Origin: Armatimonadota bacterium | Lineage (GTDB): Bacteria; Armatimonadota; SYMT01 | DNA: 64,000 nucleotides | Assembly (NCBI GenBank): GCA_041690135.1 | Contig: JAWLHY010000010.1 | Location: 96,001-160,000, forward strand | Direction of reading: 5' to 3' | Shown here: piece after piece, positions 29,645 through 39,380 of the stretch | Layout of the letters: every line of letters starts with the position of its first letter | Position numbering within the stretch: the first letter of the stretch is position 1 | Notes under the pieces: generated by a model | What the model was told of the DNA's origin: nothing | The model's input: only the letters and a program-made list of their open reading frames with translations | The model's database searches: none | Position numbers and translations under genes: made by a program

Positions 29645-31348
29645 ATGATCCGCCGTTTGGGTATTGCCTCGCTGGTGCTGTTGGTGTCAGCCTGTGGCGC
29701 GGTCTTATCTGCCGCGCCTCCTCTCGCGGATGCGCGCCTGGAACGCAGGGTGACCGTCCACGTGGAAGGGATGGCCCTGGCCGAGTTGCTCCCCCGTCTG
29801 TCGAAGGCGACCGGCGTCCCCCTCCGTGCGGATCGGGAAACGGCGGAAGATAAGGTCGTGATCCTGGGTCCGGACCGACCGCTGCACGACGTGTTGGAGG
29901 ACCTCGCGGCGCTACTCGGCCACCGGTGGGAGCGGCGGACCGTGGGGGGCGAGGTGCAGTTCGTGCTGACCCGCGACCCCGAGGTGCGGAAGAAGGAAGA
30001 AAAGCTTGCCGAGTCCCCGGAGCAGGTGGTCCTCCGGCATCTCCAGGCGCAGGTGCGAGCGCTGCGGGAACCTCGCTCTCGCCTGGAACAACGGCCGGAA
30101 AACGACCCGATCCGCAAGGCGCTGCTCGACCCAAAACTCCGGCAGGCGACCGAATTCTTTGCCCTTCTCAACTCCCGCCAGCGGGACCTGCTCATTGAGC
30201 GGGGCCGCTACCGGCTCTTCTTTCCAGCACTGGCGCCTCCCTACCAGGCTGCGCTGCAGGATCTCCACCGCGCCAATCAGGTGCCGGAGGAGACCATCCG
30301 CTCTTTACGGGTCGCCATCTACCGCCGAGGTGCCCCACCGGATGCGGATTTCCATCTGTGGGTGCAAGGCGGTGGCCGCGTTATGGCATCCTTTTACCCG
30401 GGCAACGCCCAATACGCGGTGTTTGAGGTGCCTCCCAACGATCCGCCTGTGCGCGGTAACCCCTATACCGGCGATCCGGTGGTGACGAACGCCACCCTGC
30501 CCGCGATCCAAGAGGTTCTCACCCAGGACACGCTCCCCCGGGTGGAGCGTTTGCGCCGGCTGGCCGAAGCGACCGGGGTTCCAGTGGTGGCGGACTTCTA
30601 TCGCCTGGAGCCCTCCCAATTCCTGCACCGGGAACAGAAGCCGGGGTCGGGAGCCGCGGACCGGATCGACGCCCTCGCCCATCGCCTCGGCTCCGTGTGG
30701 TGGACCCGGAAAAGCACGCTGCTGTTCCGCTGCCGGGACTGGTTCCGCCGGCGCGACTACGAGATGTCCGACCGCTGGTTCGACGACACGGTGCGCCGAC
30801 TCCGCGGCAAAGAGGAGCCCACCCTGGGAGATCTTTTGCGCCTGGAGACGCTCACTTTCAAGCAACTCATCGGCCTGATCTGTCTGGAGGAGCGGGGGAT
30901 GGCACTCACCGGCACCCAGGATTACCACCAGCGCAAGCTTTCCGGCGTGCCGGAGGTCCTGGACATCCTCGAGGGATTCCACGGCCGGTCGCGCGCGAAA
31001 CTGGTGAATTGGGACCGCCTGACCAGGGAACAACAGCGGGAGATTGCTCCCGCCCTCCCCCTCCGCGCCGAGCAGATGTCGCCCGCCCAGCGCTCCCTGA
31101 TCCTGCCGCTGCTCGCCGTGCAGAAGCGAGAGCCGGACGGCCTCTATCCCGAGACATTTCAGATCACGGTTCAAAGCCGGGACCCACGCCCCGCCAAGCG
31201 CCGAGAGGGCTACCGTTACGTACCCGTCGAGCTCTCCTGGGGCACGAAAGGCACCAGCGGCGATGCGGAGCTCCCGCTCCCTCTGACGGTCCCCGACAAC
31301 AGACGTTCTGCCGCCGTCATTCAGGTTGCCAATGAGCGGAATGATTGA
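29645..31348 (+). CDS. secreted hypothetical protein
   Basis: AAGGAG RBS before ATG 29645; signal peptide; DARLERRVT...LAELL..LSKATGV.L N-terminal (STN-like) motif. Confidence 0.8.
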   Translation: MIRRLGIASLVLLVSACGAVLSAAPPLADARLERRVTVHVEGMALAELLPRLSKATGVPLRADRETAEDKVVILGPDRPLHDVLEDLAALLGHRWERRTVGGEVQFVLTRDPEVRKKEEKLAESPEQVVLRHLQAQVRALREPRSRLEQRPENDPIRKALLDPKLRQATEFFALLNSRQRDLLIERGRYRLFFPALAPPYQAALQDLHRANQVPEETIRSLRVAIYRRGAPPDADFHLWVQGGGRVMASFYPGNAQYAVFEVPPNDPPVRGNPYTGDPVVTNATLPAIQEVLTQDTLPRVERLRRLAEATGVPVVADFYRLEPSQFLHREQKPGSGAADRIDALAHRLGSVWWTRKSTLLFRCRDWFRRRDYEMSDRWFDDTVRRLRGKEEPTLGDLLRLETLTFKQLIGLICLEERGMALTGTQDYHQRKLSGVPEVLDILEGFHGRSRAKLVNWDRLTREQQREIAPALPLRAEQMSPAQRSLILPLLAVQKREPDGLYPETFQITVQSRDPRPAKRREGYRYVPVELSWGTKGTSGDAELPLPLTVPDNRRSAAVIQVANERND

Positions 31349-31545
31349 GTTGACCACGGGCTTGCCCGCGTGGGAACGCGCGGAATGGCACGCAAAGGAC
31401 ACCATGGGTGGAAAGCGGGTCGGAGGGCAGGCCCCCTACTCTGCACCCACACCTGGAATTGCCTGTTTTGCTGCTCGCCTTTGCGCGCCATATTGCTTCT
31501 CCAAACAGGAAGTGACGATACCTGGCCCTACGGAGAAACGTCGTA

Positions 31546-32025
31546 GTGAGTATGGAGTGCCGTTTCCCTAACCTGTACCGGTACAGCACGCTCGAGCTAC
31601 TTCCCGCGGCGGGCCTGGGGGCGATTGTGTGGGCGGTGGTATCGGCAATCGCCGGAGCCTTATCCAGGCACCAGCCTTTCTGGGGCGCAGTCGCGCAGGC
31701 AGTCGCACTGTGCGGGCTGGCCGTTTTTGGAGGCGTTCTCGCCCTGTGCGGCTTCTGGGACTTGCGGAACGGATGGGTCCGCCGGTCGTGGGTCCGCAGC
31801 TTCGAGCGGCGCGTCGGCCCGGAGGAACTGGAGCCGTTGCTGGGAGCCGACCCGGGCAGGTATGTGATCCACGTCCGCTACTACGGCGGTTTCGACGTCA
31901 ACAGCATGGCCCCCGCGGTGCTGATCGAGGATCGGAGCTCGGGCCAGTTCCTGGTCGCGCATCCGTCTCCCCCCAACCTTTCCGAATGCTGCGAAAGCCT
32001 GCGCGTGCAGGTGAAGAAGCATTGA
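31546..32025 (+). CDS. hypothetical membrane protein (2 TM)
   Basis: Two hydrophobic helices followed by a small globular domain; fills the gap between genes. Confidence 0.65.
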   Translation: MSMECRFPNLYRYSTLELLPAAGLGAIVWAVVSAIAGALSRHQPFWGAVAQAVALCGLAVFGGVLALCGFWDLRNGWVRRSWVRSFERRVGPEELEPLLGADPGRYVIHVRYYGGFDVNSMAPAVLIEDRSSGQFLVAHPSPPNLSECCESLRVQVKKH

Positions 32026-32034
32026 AGCGTGTGA

Positions 32035-33387
32035 TCAGCGCTCGGAGGCGGGGATGTTCAGGACGATCAAGCCGGGCTGGCCGAAAGTCAGCTCCCGGCC
32101 GGCATTGGGATCGAGCGGCGCGCCGTTGAAGGCGATGTAGAGGCGGCTTCCGTCCGCGCTGCATTTCAGGTTATAGGTGCCGCCCACGTTCCAGCGCAGC
32201 CGATCCCGCAGCGGCGCGTTCAAGAAGGCCAGAACCTTGCGCTCCCGTTTCGCCAGGTCGTACTGGACGACCGGAGTGCCGTAGCGTGCGGACTGCCCGT
32301 GAGCACCCGGCGCGTAGTAGAGGTACTTCTCATCGGGAGAGAGCGCCATCACGGCCACATACTCGCCCTTCAGGAAGTTAGCTCCCAACTCCGTCACCAT
32401 GTCCGTCTTCGGGTCGAAGGCAAAGAGCGCGCCATCTTTGGTCATGCCGAAGAGGCGGCCATTTCTTGCCGGGCGGGTCGAAGCGCGCAGGAACCGGCCG
32501 CCTGTCTTGCCCGGAGCGGCACCCGCAGCCAGGGGCAGTTGCGCGCGGGTCCGGGTGACCCGGTTTTCGGACGGTGAATAGCGGGCTAGGAAGCCGTCCG
32601 CGGTGCTGAAGTAGCAGTGCCCCGCCGCATCCAGCATCAGGTTCCGGCTGCCTTCTTGCTGGTCACCGCTGCCCCGGTAGAGCACCTTGCGGGCGGTGAG
32701 ATCGTAGGCAACGAAGTCACCGCTATAGACCGCCGTGAAGTACTGGATCATCCGCCGGGGGTCCAGGAGCGACGTCGGAAGCCCCTGACCGGGCACGATC
32801 GCTCCCAGGCTCTCGCTGCGCCCCGAACTGGGGTCGTAGCGGAGGAGGACCGATCCCAAGTACCCGGCCTGGAAGTCTGCTTCCTTCGGGATCTTGCCCC
32901 AGTAGGTGGAGAAGTAGAGCAGGCCGTCCTTTCCCTGATCGATTCGGGAGTGGACCTTGCCTGCGGCATACCTTTCCTTCGATTCGGGGAGCGCCTCGCG
33001 GAGGTCCAGTGCGGCGCGCACGGTGCGGTGGTGCGGGTCGTACTCGTACAGGTAGCTCTGACCCTCGGGGCCGAGGTGATTGCCCAGGGCGAAGTAATAG
33101 CGCCCGTTCGAGGCCACGCAGCCGTCGCCCCAGTTGCTCCAGAGCGTCTTCGGACCGGCCGAAGGCAGTCCCTCGAAGACGTGGATATCGATGGTCGGTG
33201 CGGTGCGAGCGATGCGGAATCCCGGCTTTCCTTCGAGCGCCGGCGGAACTGTCAAGAAATCCGGCGTCTCGATCCGGCGCAGGCTCACCGAGGGAGCAGG
33301 ATCCGCTGCGCCGGTGCGGCGCTGCCCGCCGACCGTGGCGACCACAACCCCCAGCAGGGCAACATACCCGACGTATCTCCTGGTCAT
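32035..33387 (-). CDS. secreted beta-propeller protein
   Basis: Signal peptide; repeated YDP/FDP blades; 4-bp overlap with the upstream gene. Confidence 0.8.
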   Translation of the reverse strand: MTRRYVGYVALLGVVVATVGGQRRTGAADPAPSVSLRRIETPDFLTVPPALEGKPGFRIARTAPTIDIHVFEGLPSAGPKTLWSNWGDGCVASNGRYYFALGNHLGPEGQSYLYEYDPHHRTVRAALDLREALPESKERYAAGKVHSRIDQGKDGLLYFSTYWGKIPKEADFQAGYLGSVLLRYDPSSGRSESLGAIVPGQGLPTSLLDPRRMIQYFTAVYSGDFVAYDLTARKVLYRGSGDQQEGSRNLMLDAAGHCYFSTADGFLARYSPSENRVTRTRAQLPLAAGAAPGKTGGRFLRASTRPARNGRLFGMTKDGALFAFDPKTDMVTELGANFLKGEYVAVMALSPDEKYLYYAPGAHGQSARYGTPVVQYDLAKRERKVLAFLNAPLRDRLRWNVGGTYNLKCSADGSRLYIAFNGAPLDPNAGRELTFGQPGLIVLNIPASER

Positions 33388-35129
33388 TGGGGCTCCTCCG
33401 CTTTTTGGTCGGAAACCTGGGCACCGCTCCGGATCTCGATGCGCTGGTTTGGCGTCACGTTTTTGCGAACGACGGTGCCGGCTCCGTGAGGAAGCGTGAC
33501 TTCCACGTCGACTCGCTCTGCATCGCCCAGGCCGAAATGCGCGATGGCCGGCTGGCCGGATGCATAGCCGTACCCGGTGGCGATCTCACGGCAGCCAAGC
33601 AGCGCGGACGGGCTGCCGAGCTTCCCGGACGGGTACACGTCGATCCGGGAGCCGATCCCCATCCGGTTCACGCCGCCCTCTCCGCGGACCTGCACCTGGA
33701 GCCAACCGCCTCCGGGAGTCTCGTTCCGCAGCAGCAGCGAGGGCGCCTCGGCCCACCAACTCGGCAAGAACATATCAAGGCGGCCATCGTTGTCGTAATC
33801 TCCGGTAGGTCCCGGGGCACTGTAGAAGACCTTCCTCTCACGGAGCATCCTGGCGAACAGTTCACCCGCCCTTCGGGTCGCCCGATCTTCTTCCGTGGGG
33901 AAGTCGTTCACCGCCAGCGCATTCTCCCGGAAGCGCGGGAGGCCATCCCGCACTCCCAGGTTCTTGAAGATGACCGGATAGGGCTTACCTCCCGCAAACT
34001 TGACGATACTGACGGAGAGGTCCGGCCAGCCGTCGTTGTCGAAGTCCTGCACTTCCACGTGCGGCGCCTTCATCGGCAGCGGCTTCAAACCGGCGGCTTC
34101 CGTAACGTCCTGGAAGTCGGGCTCCCCATTCCGGAGCCCCCGGTTGAGGTAAAGCCGCACCGGCACCGGCTGCTGCCAGGGCCGCTCATAGTGCTGGCCG
34201 ACCACTAAGTCGAGCCAGCCGTCGCGGTTGACATCGGCGAAGCCGGCGCCGCAGATCATGTTGTCGCCGCCCGCATCCTTCCAGGCGAACCTCTCGCGGG
34301 AGCCGGGCGCCTCGCGGAATTTGGCTTCTCCGGCGTTCAGAAGCAGAACGTTACCACCGTTGTTGGCGGCCAGGAAAAGGTCCGGGCGGCCGTCGTTGTT
34401 CACATCCCCCGCGGCCACCCCCAGGCCGGGGATTGCCTCCGGCAGCCCGGCGGCGCGAGAGACGTCTTCGAACCGGAGGTTACCGAGGTTGCGGAACAGG
34501 CGGGAGCTTTTCGTGGAAGAACCGTTGTATCCGGGGAGAGGGTCCTCACCCGCCAGGATGTCCAGCAGGCCGTCTCCATCGAAATCTAGTACGGTAGCAC
34601 TCCGGCCTCCGAAGGCGGGTGGGCAGGCCCCATTTCCGGCGGAAACGTCGGTGAAGCGGCCCTGTCCGTTGTTTCGGAAGAGGGTGCACCCCCGCAGCGC
34701 ATGGCCCTCCCGCAGCGCGAGACGGCTGCCCTCCGGTGCGGGCATACTGGAGACATAGAGATCCAGGTCGCCGTCGTTGTCCAGGTCGGCAAAAACCGAG
34801 GCACTAGCGCGTGAGGAGATCCGGAGTTCCTCCTGCTCATCGAGCCGGAACCGGCCGTCGCCCCCGCGGAAGAACCGGTTCGACTTTCCACCGTCGGTAT
34901 GGAACGTTGCCACGTACAGGTCGAGCCACCCGTCGCCATCGGCATCTCCCCAACCGGCGGCATGCCCGCGGATGCCCTCAAGCGCCGGAAACAGACCCGA
35001 TTGCTGCCCCATATCCCGGAACAGGAAAGTTTGCTCCTCTTTTTCCGCGGCGCTCAATGCGGGAAGGAGCGCTAACAGCACGCCGACACCCACCGCCCGG
35101 AGGCTTTGCTTCACGTTCCGATCCATCAT
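33384..35129 (-). CDS. CRTAC1 / FG-GAP repeat protein with ASPIC-UnbV C-terminus
   Basis: Several D-x-[DN]-x-DG-x-LD repeats; NRMGIGSRI...AHFGLG. Confidence 0.92.
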   Translation of the reverse strand: MMDRNVKQSLRAVGVGVLLALLPALSAAEKEEQTFLFRDMGQQSGLFPALEGIRGHAAGWGDADGDGWLDLYVATFHTDGGKSNRFFRGGDGRFRLDEQEELRISSRASASVFADLDNDGDLDLYVSSMPAPEGSRLALREGHALRGCTLFRNNGQGRFTDVSAGNGACPPAFGGRSATVLDFDGDGLLDILAGEDPLPGYNGSSTKSSRLFRNLGNLRFEDVSRAAGLPEAIPGLGVAAGDVNNDGRPDLFLAANNGGNVLLLNAGEAKFREAPGSRERFAWKDAGGDNMICGAGFADVNRDGWLDLVVGQHYERPWQQPVPVRLYLNRGLRNGEPDFQDVTEAAGLKPLPMKAPHVEVQDFDNDGWPDLSVSIVKFAGGKPYPVIFKNLGVRDGLPRFRENALAVNDFPTEEDRATRRAGELFARMLRERKVFYSAPGPTGDYDNDGRLDMFLPSWWAEAPSLLLRNETPGGGWLQVQVRGEGGVNRMGIGSRIDVYPSGKLGSPSALLGCREIATGYGYASGQPAIAHFGLGDAERVDVEVTLPHGAGTVVRKNVTPNQRIEIRSGAQVSDQKAEEPQ

Positions 35130-35171
35130 CCTGTCCTTTGCGAATGGGTGCCGGGTAAGAACAGCGATCCG

Positions 35172-36593
35172 TCAGGCGCGGATGCCGTCGATCGGCTTCC
35201 CCTCTCGGTCGGCGGGACCGAGGCGCTGCTTCGCATCCATTGCGGCCAGCATGGTGTTGTACACGTCGAGGCCCTCGGCGCCGACATCCAGGATCTGGCC
35301 GGTTTTGAAGCGGCCGTTGGCGCCGGTGATGGCGTGGAAGATCCCCGACAGCTCTCGCTTGACGTTGTTGTGGCGACCGTCCCCGGACTCCGTGGAGATC
35401 GTGATCAGCGAGTTATCCAGGATGGTGCGACCGTTCGCCTCCACCGACTCCGGGCCGTCGAGCCGCTGCAGGAAGTAGGCGACCTCGCGCATCTTCAGGT
35501 GGGCATGGGCGCGCAGGTGTTCGTTCCGCTTCCCCTCGTTGAACTCGTGCCACCATTCGTGGCTGCAGCCCTGCGATCCGAACTTCTTGCGCTGGCCGGC
35601 GTCGTCGAACTGGAAGACGGTCCTGCCGGCGTAGTCGTAGCGACCCTTGAGCCGGATGCGCTCGCCCGCCGCCAGGAAAGTGATCGAGCCGAAACGGACG
35701 CGGTCGGTCTGGATCGCGAGGGCGTAAAGGTCCGCCATCAGACGCCATTCCTCGGTCAGGTCCTCCAGGGTAATGTCGATCCCCTCACCGCCGGGGTCCG
35801 CCGCGCCGCCGTGCACGATCTCGGAAGGCGGCGGCATGGGCGGCCGCCGGAGCTTCTTCTCGTCCAGGGCGAAGGCGCGCTGCTCGTACTCGCGGATCCG
35901 CTCCAGGTGCTCGGCGATGCGCGCGCGGGAAGCAGTGCCCAGCGGCGAGGTGCGCCCGGTGAAGTACCGGTATTGGTCCACCACGGAGTCGAGGACGCTC
36001 CGCTTGATGCGCCGGACGCGCGGGTCGAGCACGGCTTCCGGCACGGAACCGAACACGCGTTCGAAGAGATCGCGAGGGGTCTCCTGCATCGCCGCCGCCA
36101 CGGTGCCGTCCGGGTTGAAGCTCTTGGCGTAGCGGCTCACCCGGTCGCGCCGGAAAAAGGTGCCGGCGATGAGCGTGGGGACCATGCCGGACGGCAGCCC
36201 GGCCGGGTAGTGCGTCGCCCGGACCACCTGGTCGAGGGAAGGGCCCCCCGCCTTGGCGGTGCCGGCGGGCGGCTCCGCAGTGAAGGCGGCGGTGGCCCCA
36301 TCGCGGTGCGCGTTCTCTCCGGGCACGTCCGTGCGTATCTGGTCCACATTGCGCATGATGAGCAACTTCCGGCCCAGCGGCTGGAGCGGCTCCAGCACGC
36401 CGCCGAACCCTTCCGCCTGCAGTGGGGACGGGATCCCCAGGCCGAAGAAGACGTTGAACGCCCGCACGGGAACCTGGGCCGCGGGGGCGGCCGCGGCGGG
36501 CAGCAGGAGCATCTCTTCCAGGAGCGGCAGGCCGATCGTTACGGCGCCCGCACCCTGAAGCACGGTGCGCCGGCTAAGGGGTCGTCTCGTCAT
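35172..36593 (-). CDS. DUF1552 family protein (Tat)
   Basis: SRRTVLQGAGAVTIGLPLLE, SLDQ, RSVLD, HLERIRE, EANGRTILDNS. Confidence 0.92.
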   Translation of the reverse strand: MTRRPLSRRTVLQGAGAVTIGLPLLEEMLLLPAAAAPAAQVPVRAFNVFFGLGIPSPLQAEGFGGVLEPLQPLGRKLLIMRNVDQIRTDVPGENAHRDGATAAFTAEPPAGTAKAGGPSLDQVVRATHYPAGLPSGMVPTLIAGTFFRRDRVSRYAKSFNPDGTVAAAMQETPRDLFERVFGSVPEAVLDPRVRRIKRSVLDSVVDQYRYFTGRTSPLGTASRARIAEHLERIREYEQRAFALDEKKLRRPPMPPPSEIVHGGAADPGGEGIDITLEDLTEEWRLMADLYALAIQTDRVRFGSITFLAAGERIRLKGRYDYAGRTVFQFDDAGQRKKFGSQGCSHEWWHEFNEGKRNEHLRAHAHLKMREVAYFLQRLDGPESVEANGRTILDNSLITISTESGDGRHNNVKRELSGIFHAITGANGRFKTGQILDVGAEGLDVYNTMLAAMDAKQRLGPADREGKPIDGIRA

Positions 36594-39280
36594 GGTAGGC
36601 TCTCCGCGGGGTTCTTCTGGATCAGGTCGCTCAGCACCAGGGCGGAAACCAGGGCGGCGTAGGTGCCTCCACCCTTCTGTGCGGCCGCATGGATCCGGTC
36701 GATCGCGGGACCGTCCGCCTGCACCAGCGGGCGGCCCAGGGCGAACTGGACCACCTTCCGCGTGATGTTCTTCTGGACCCGCTCGTTCCGGGCCAACAGG
36801 TCCATCAGTTGCGCGGTGGTCGTGTAGGAGGCGGGCTGGTTCGTGCCGGGGAAGAGGATCTTGCCGTCCTCCCGCAGCGGGTTGCCATGCTCGTCTCGCT
36901 CGTGGTAGCCGCCTACGCCATCGAACTTCTCCAGCCCGAAGGCCAGGGGTTCGAAGCGGGCGTGGCAGCCGCCGCAGGCCGAATTGGCGACGCGCTGCTC
37001 CGCGACGGCGCGCCGCGACTGGCCCGGCCGGGGCGGCACGGGGGTGGTGTCCACGCCGGGCGGAGCACTGCCGATCTCGCTGTAAAGGAGATCCCGCAGG
37101 ATGAATAGGCCACGGGCGACCATCGACGCTTCGTCCCCGCCGACGGTGAGCACGCTGCCGTGGGTCAACAGACCGCCCCGGCTGGACACCTGGGTGAGGT
37201 CGTAGCGGGTCGCCTGGCGGACCGTGGCGCGGATCTCCTCCGGGGTGAGGGCCCGGTTGTAGAGGGCCACCTGGTGGAGCGTGCCGTGCCAGGGGCGGTC
37301 TCCGGTGGTCTCGTTGCCCAGGACCAGGCGGAAGTCCTCACCCCAGTTCGAGAGGTCGCCCGCCGTTTCGCCCGAACTCTGCACTTCGCCGTTCACAAAG
37401 AGCCGCGTCTTCCCGGCGGCATCGCGAGTGTAGGCCAGGTGGGTCAGTCGGGTTCCGGCCGTGCCGTCGGGGCTGCCCAGGCCGGGAAGGCCATTGGCGT
37501 CGGTCCGGCTGCCCCGGAAGCGGACCTCAAAACGGTCCTTCTCCTGCCCGAGGGTGAAGTTCCGCTGCAGGGCGCCGGAGGAGAGCGTAAGGATGCGGGC
37601 CGGCCCCTCCTGTTTCGTATTCGCGGGAGTGACCCAGGCTTCCAGCGACAGGGCTTTGGACTGGCGGACCGCCGCGACGAGGCGTTTCGGTGGTTGGGCA
37701 CCGGCAATGACCGTGGGCCCGGTCACCACGAGACCGCCCTGCTCCCAACTTACTGCCGCGGGGCTCGAGATTTTCAGGTCGAGCGCCTCGCCGGCCCCGG
37801 AGGTGTCGCGCACGGTATCGCCCTGGCCCTCCCCGAAGGTGTAGAGCGCCTGCAGCCCTTCCCGCCGCACGCGGTTGGCCAGGTTGAGTGGGAGACCGTA
37901 GTGCGCCGCCAGGTGGGGGGTGGCGAAGGTGACCCGCGCGTTCATCAGGTCGGCAAGGGGCCGCTTCTCCTTCCAGGCGATCTCCTCGAAGAAGGCGAGC
38001 GTCTCCTTCCGCATGTCGGCGGCGAGTTGGCCGCTCCAGGATGGGAACCGGCGAGGGTTGGGGCGCAGGTTGCCGAGCCGGTCCAGGTTGAGCCACTCGG
38101 AGATGAACTGGCGAGACCGGAGGATGGCGCGCGGGTCCTGGAGCATTCGGTGCACCTGCGCTTCCACGCGAGCCCGTTTGGCGAGGTCACCGGCCTCCGC
38201 GGCGCGCAGCAACTCGGCATCCGGAGGGCCGCCCCAGAGAGTATAGCTGAGGCGCGAGGCGAGCTCGTAAGGTCCTACGGGTCGCAGGTTGCCGGCGCTC
38301 TTTCCGACGCCGGCCTTATCCGCCTCCGCTTCGATCCGGTAGAGGAACCGGGGCGACTGGAGCATCGCCTCGACCACGTACCGGACGGCTTCCGTGTACC
38401 CGCCGCCCTCGCCGGTAACCGCTTTCGCCACCCGGTGGAAAGTGTCGATCTCCTGTGCCTGAAGCGGGCCGCGTAGGAGCCACTTCCCCATCGCCGCAAT
38501 CAGACGGCGCATGGAGGCCTCGCCCAGGTCTTGCCCCTTCACAAACCGCGCGGCGAACCGGTCCACGTCCATGCGCCCGACCACGATCTCCGCGAGCCGG
38601 GCGTACCCTTCCACGTGAGCGAGATCCGCGGAAAGATTGTAGGCGGTGTTGGTGAACCCGTCGGCGCGCACGTCCGGCGGCAAGATGCGGCGGGCGTCCT
38701 CGGCCACGTCCACACCGGTCGCGCTGCGAACAGTCTCCACGTACTCCGGCACCGTGAGCCGGCGGAGCCAGTGGTGCGCGGACCGCCGCTCGCGGGTGTG
38801 GGTCAGAGGATCGATGGTACTGCCGGACCAGACCGCGCCCGCGTCGATCCACTCGCGCAGCGCCCGCTTCTCCTGGGGCGACAGGCGCGGCCGGTCCATC
38901 GGCGGCATGACGCCCGACGCTACGTGCTTCCACAGCAGGCTCTCCGCCGACTTGCCGGGCACGATCGCCTTACCGTGTGCGCCGCCGGACAGGGCCGTTT
39001 TCTTCTGAGAGAGGTCCAGGCCCCCCTGCTTCGAGCCCGGTCCGTGGCACGCCAGGCAGTGCCGCGCCAGCAGCGGCACGATCTGCGCCTCGAACTGCCG
39101 GGCGGCGATCACCGGGACAGGAGGGGCGGAGCCACCGGCGCCGCTCGACGCCTGAACCGCCACCAGCGGGGCGAGACAACCGACCGCGGCGAACAGGTGG
39201 CGGGCCTTTATCCGGCCGGGTTGGGTTACTCCGCGAGCGGTCCCGCGAACGACGCGGGGTGCTTCAGCTGGGAATGGCAT
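36590..39280 (-). CDS. cytochrome c + DUF1587/1595/1592/1588/1585 protein with an inserted LamG-like domain
   Basis: CLACH, LRRLTVPEY, LQSPRFLY, LASRLSY, LamG (SLEAWV...LYNRALT), CGGCH...LEKFD. Confidence 0.92.
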   Translation of the reverse strand: MPFPAEAPRVVRGTARGVTQPGRIKARHLFAAVGCLAPLVAVQASSGAGGSAPPVPVIAARQFEAQIVPLLARHCLACHGPGSKQGGLDLSQKKTALSGGAHGKAIVPGKSAESLLWKHVASGVMPPMDRPRLSPQEKRALREWIDAGAVWSGSTIDPLTHTRERRSAHHWLRRLTVPEYVETVRSATGVDVAEDARRILPPDVRADGFTNTAYNLSADLAHVEGYARLAEIVVGRMDVDRFAARFVKGQDLGEASMRRLIAAMGKWLLRGPLQAQEIDTFHRVAKAVTGEGGGYTEAVRYVVEAMLQSPRFLYRIEAEADKAGVGKSAGNLRPVGPYELASRLSYTLWGGPPDAELLRAAEAGDLAKRARVEAQVHRMLQDPRAILRSRQFISEWLNLDRLGNLRPNPRRFPSWSGQLAADMRKETLAFFEEIAWKEKRPLADLMNARVTFATPHLAAHYGLPLNLANRVRREGLQALYTFGEGQGDTVRDTSGAGEALDLKISSPAAVSWEQGGLVVTGPTVIAGAQPPKRLVAAVRQSKALSLEAWVTPANTKQEGPARILTLSSGALQRNFTLGQEKDRFEVRFRGSRTDANGLPGLGSPDGTAGTRLTHLAYTRDAAGKTRLFVNGEVQSSGETAGDLSNWGEDFRLVLGNETTGDRPWHGTLHQVALYNRALTPEEIRATVRQATRYDLTQVSSRGGLLTHGSVLTVGGDEASMVARGLFILRDLLYSEIGSAPPGVDTTPVPPRPGQSRRAVAEQRVANSACGGCHARFEPLAFGLEKFDGVGGYHERDEHGNPLREDGKILFPGTNQPASYTTTAQLMDLLARNERVQKNITRKVVQFALGRPLVQADGPAIDRIHAAAQKGGGTYAALVSALVLSDLIQKNPAESLP

Positions 39281-39380
39281 AGAGTTTGTGTCACCAGGAC
39301 GGTTCCGCTGTTGCCTTCCTTCTTTCTACAAATCTATTGGGGGCCCCTGCGCGAAACGGCAAGGGTGAACTACAGGCCGA

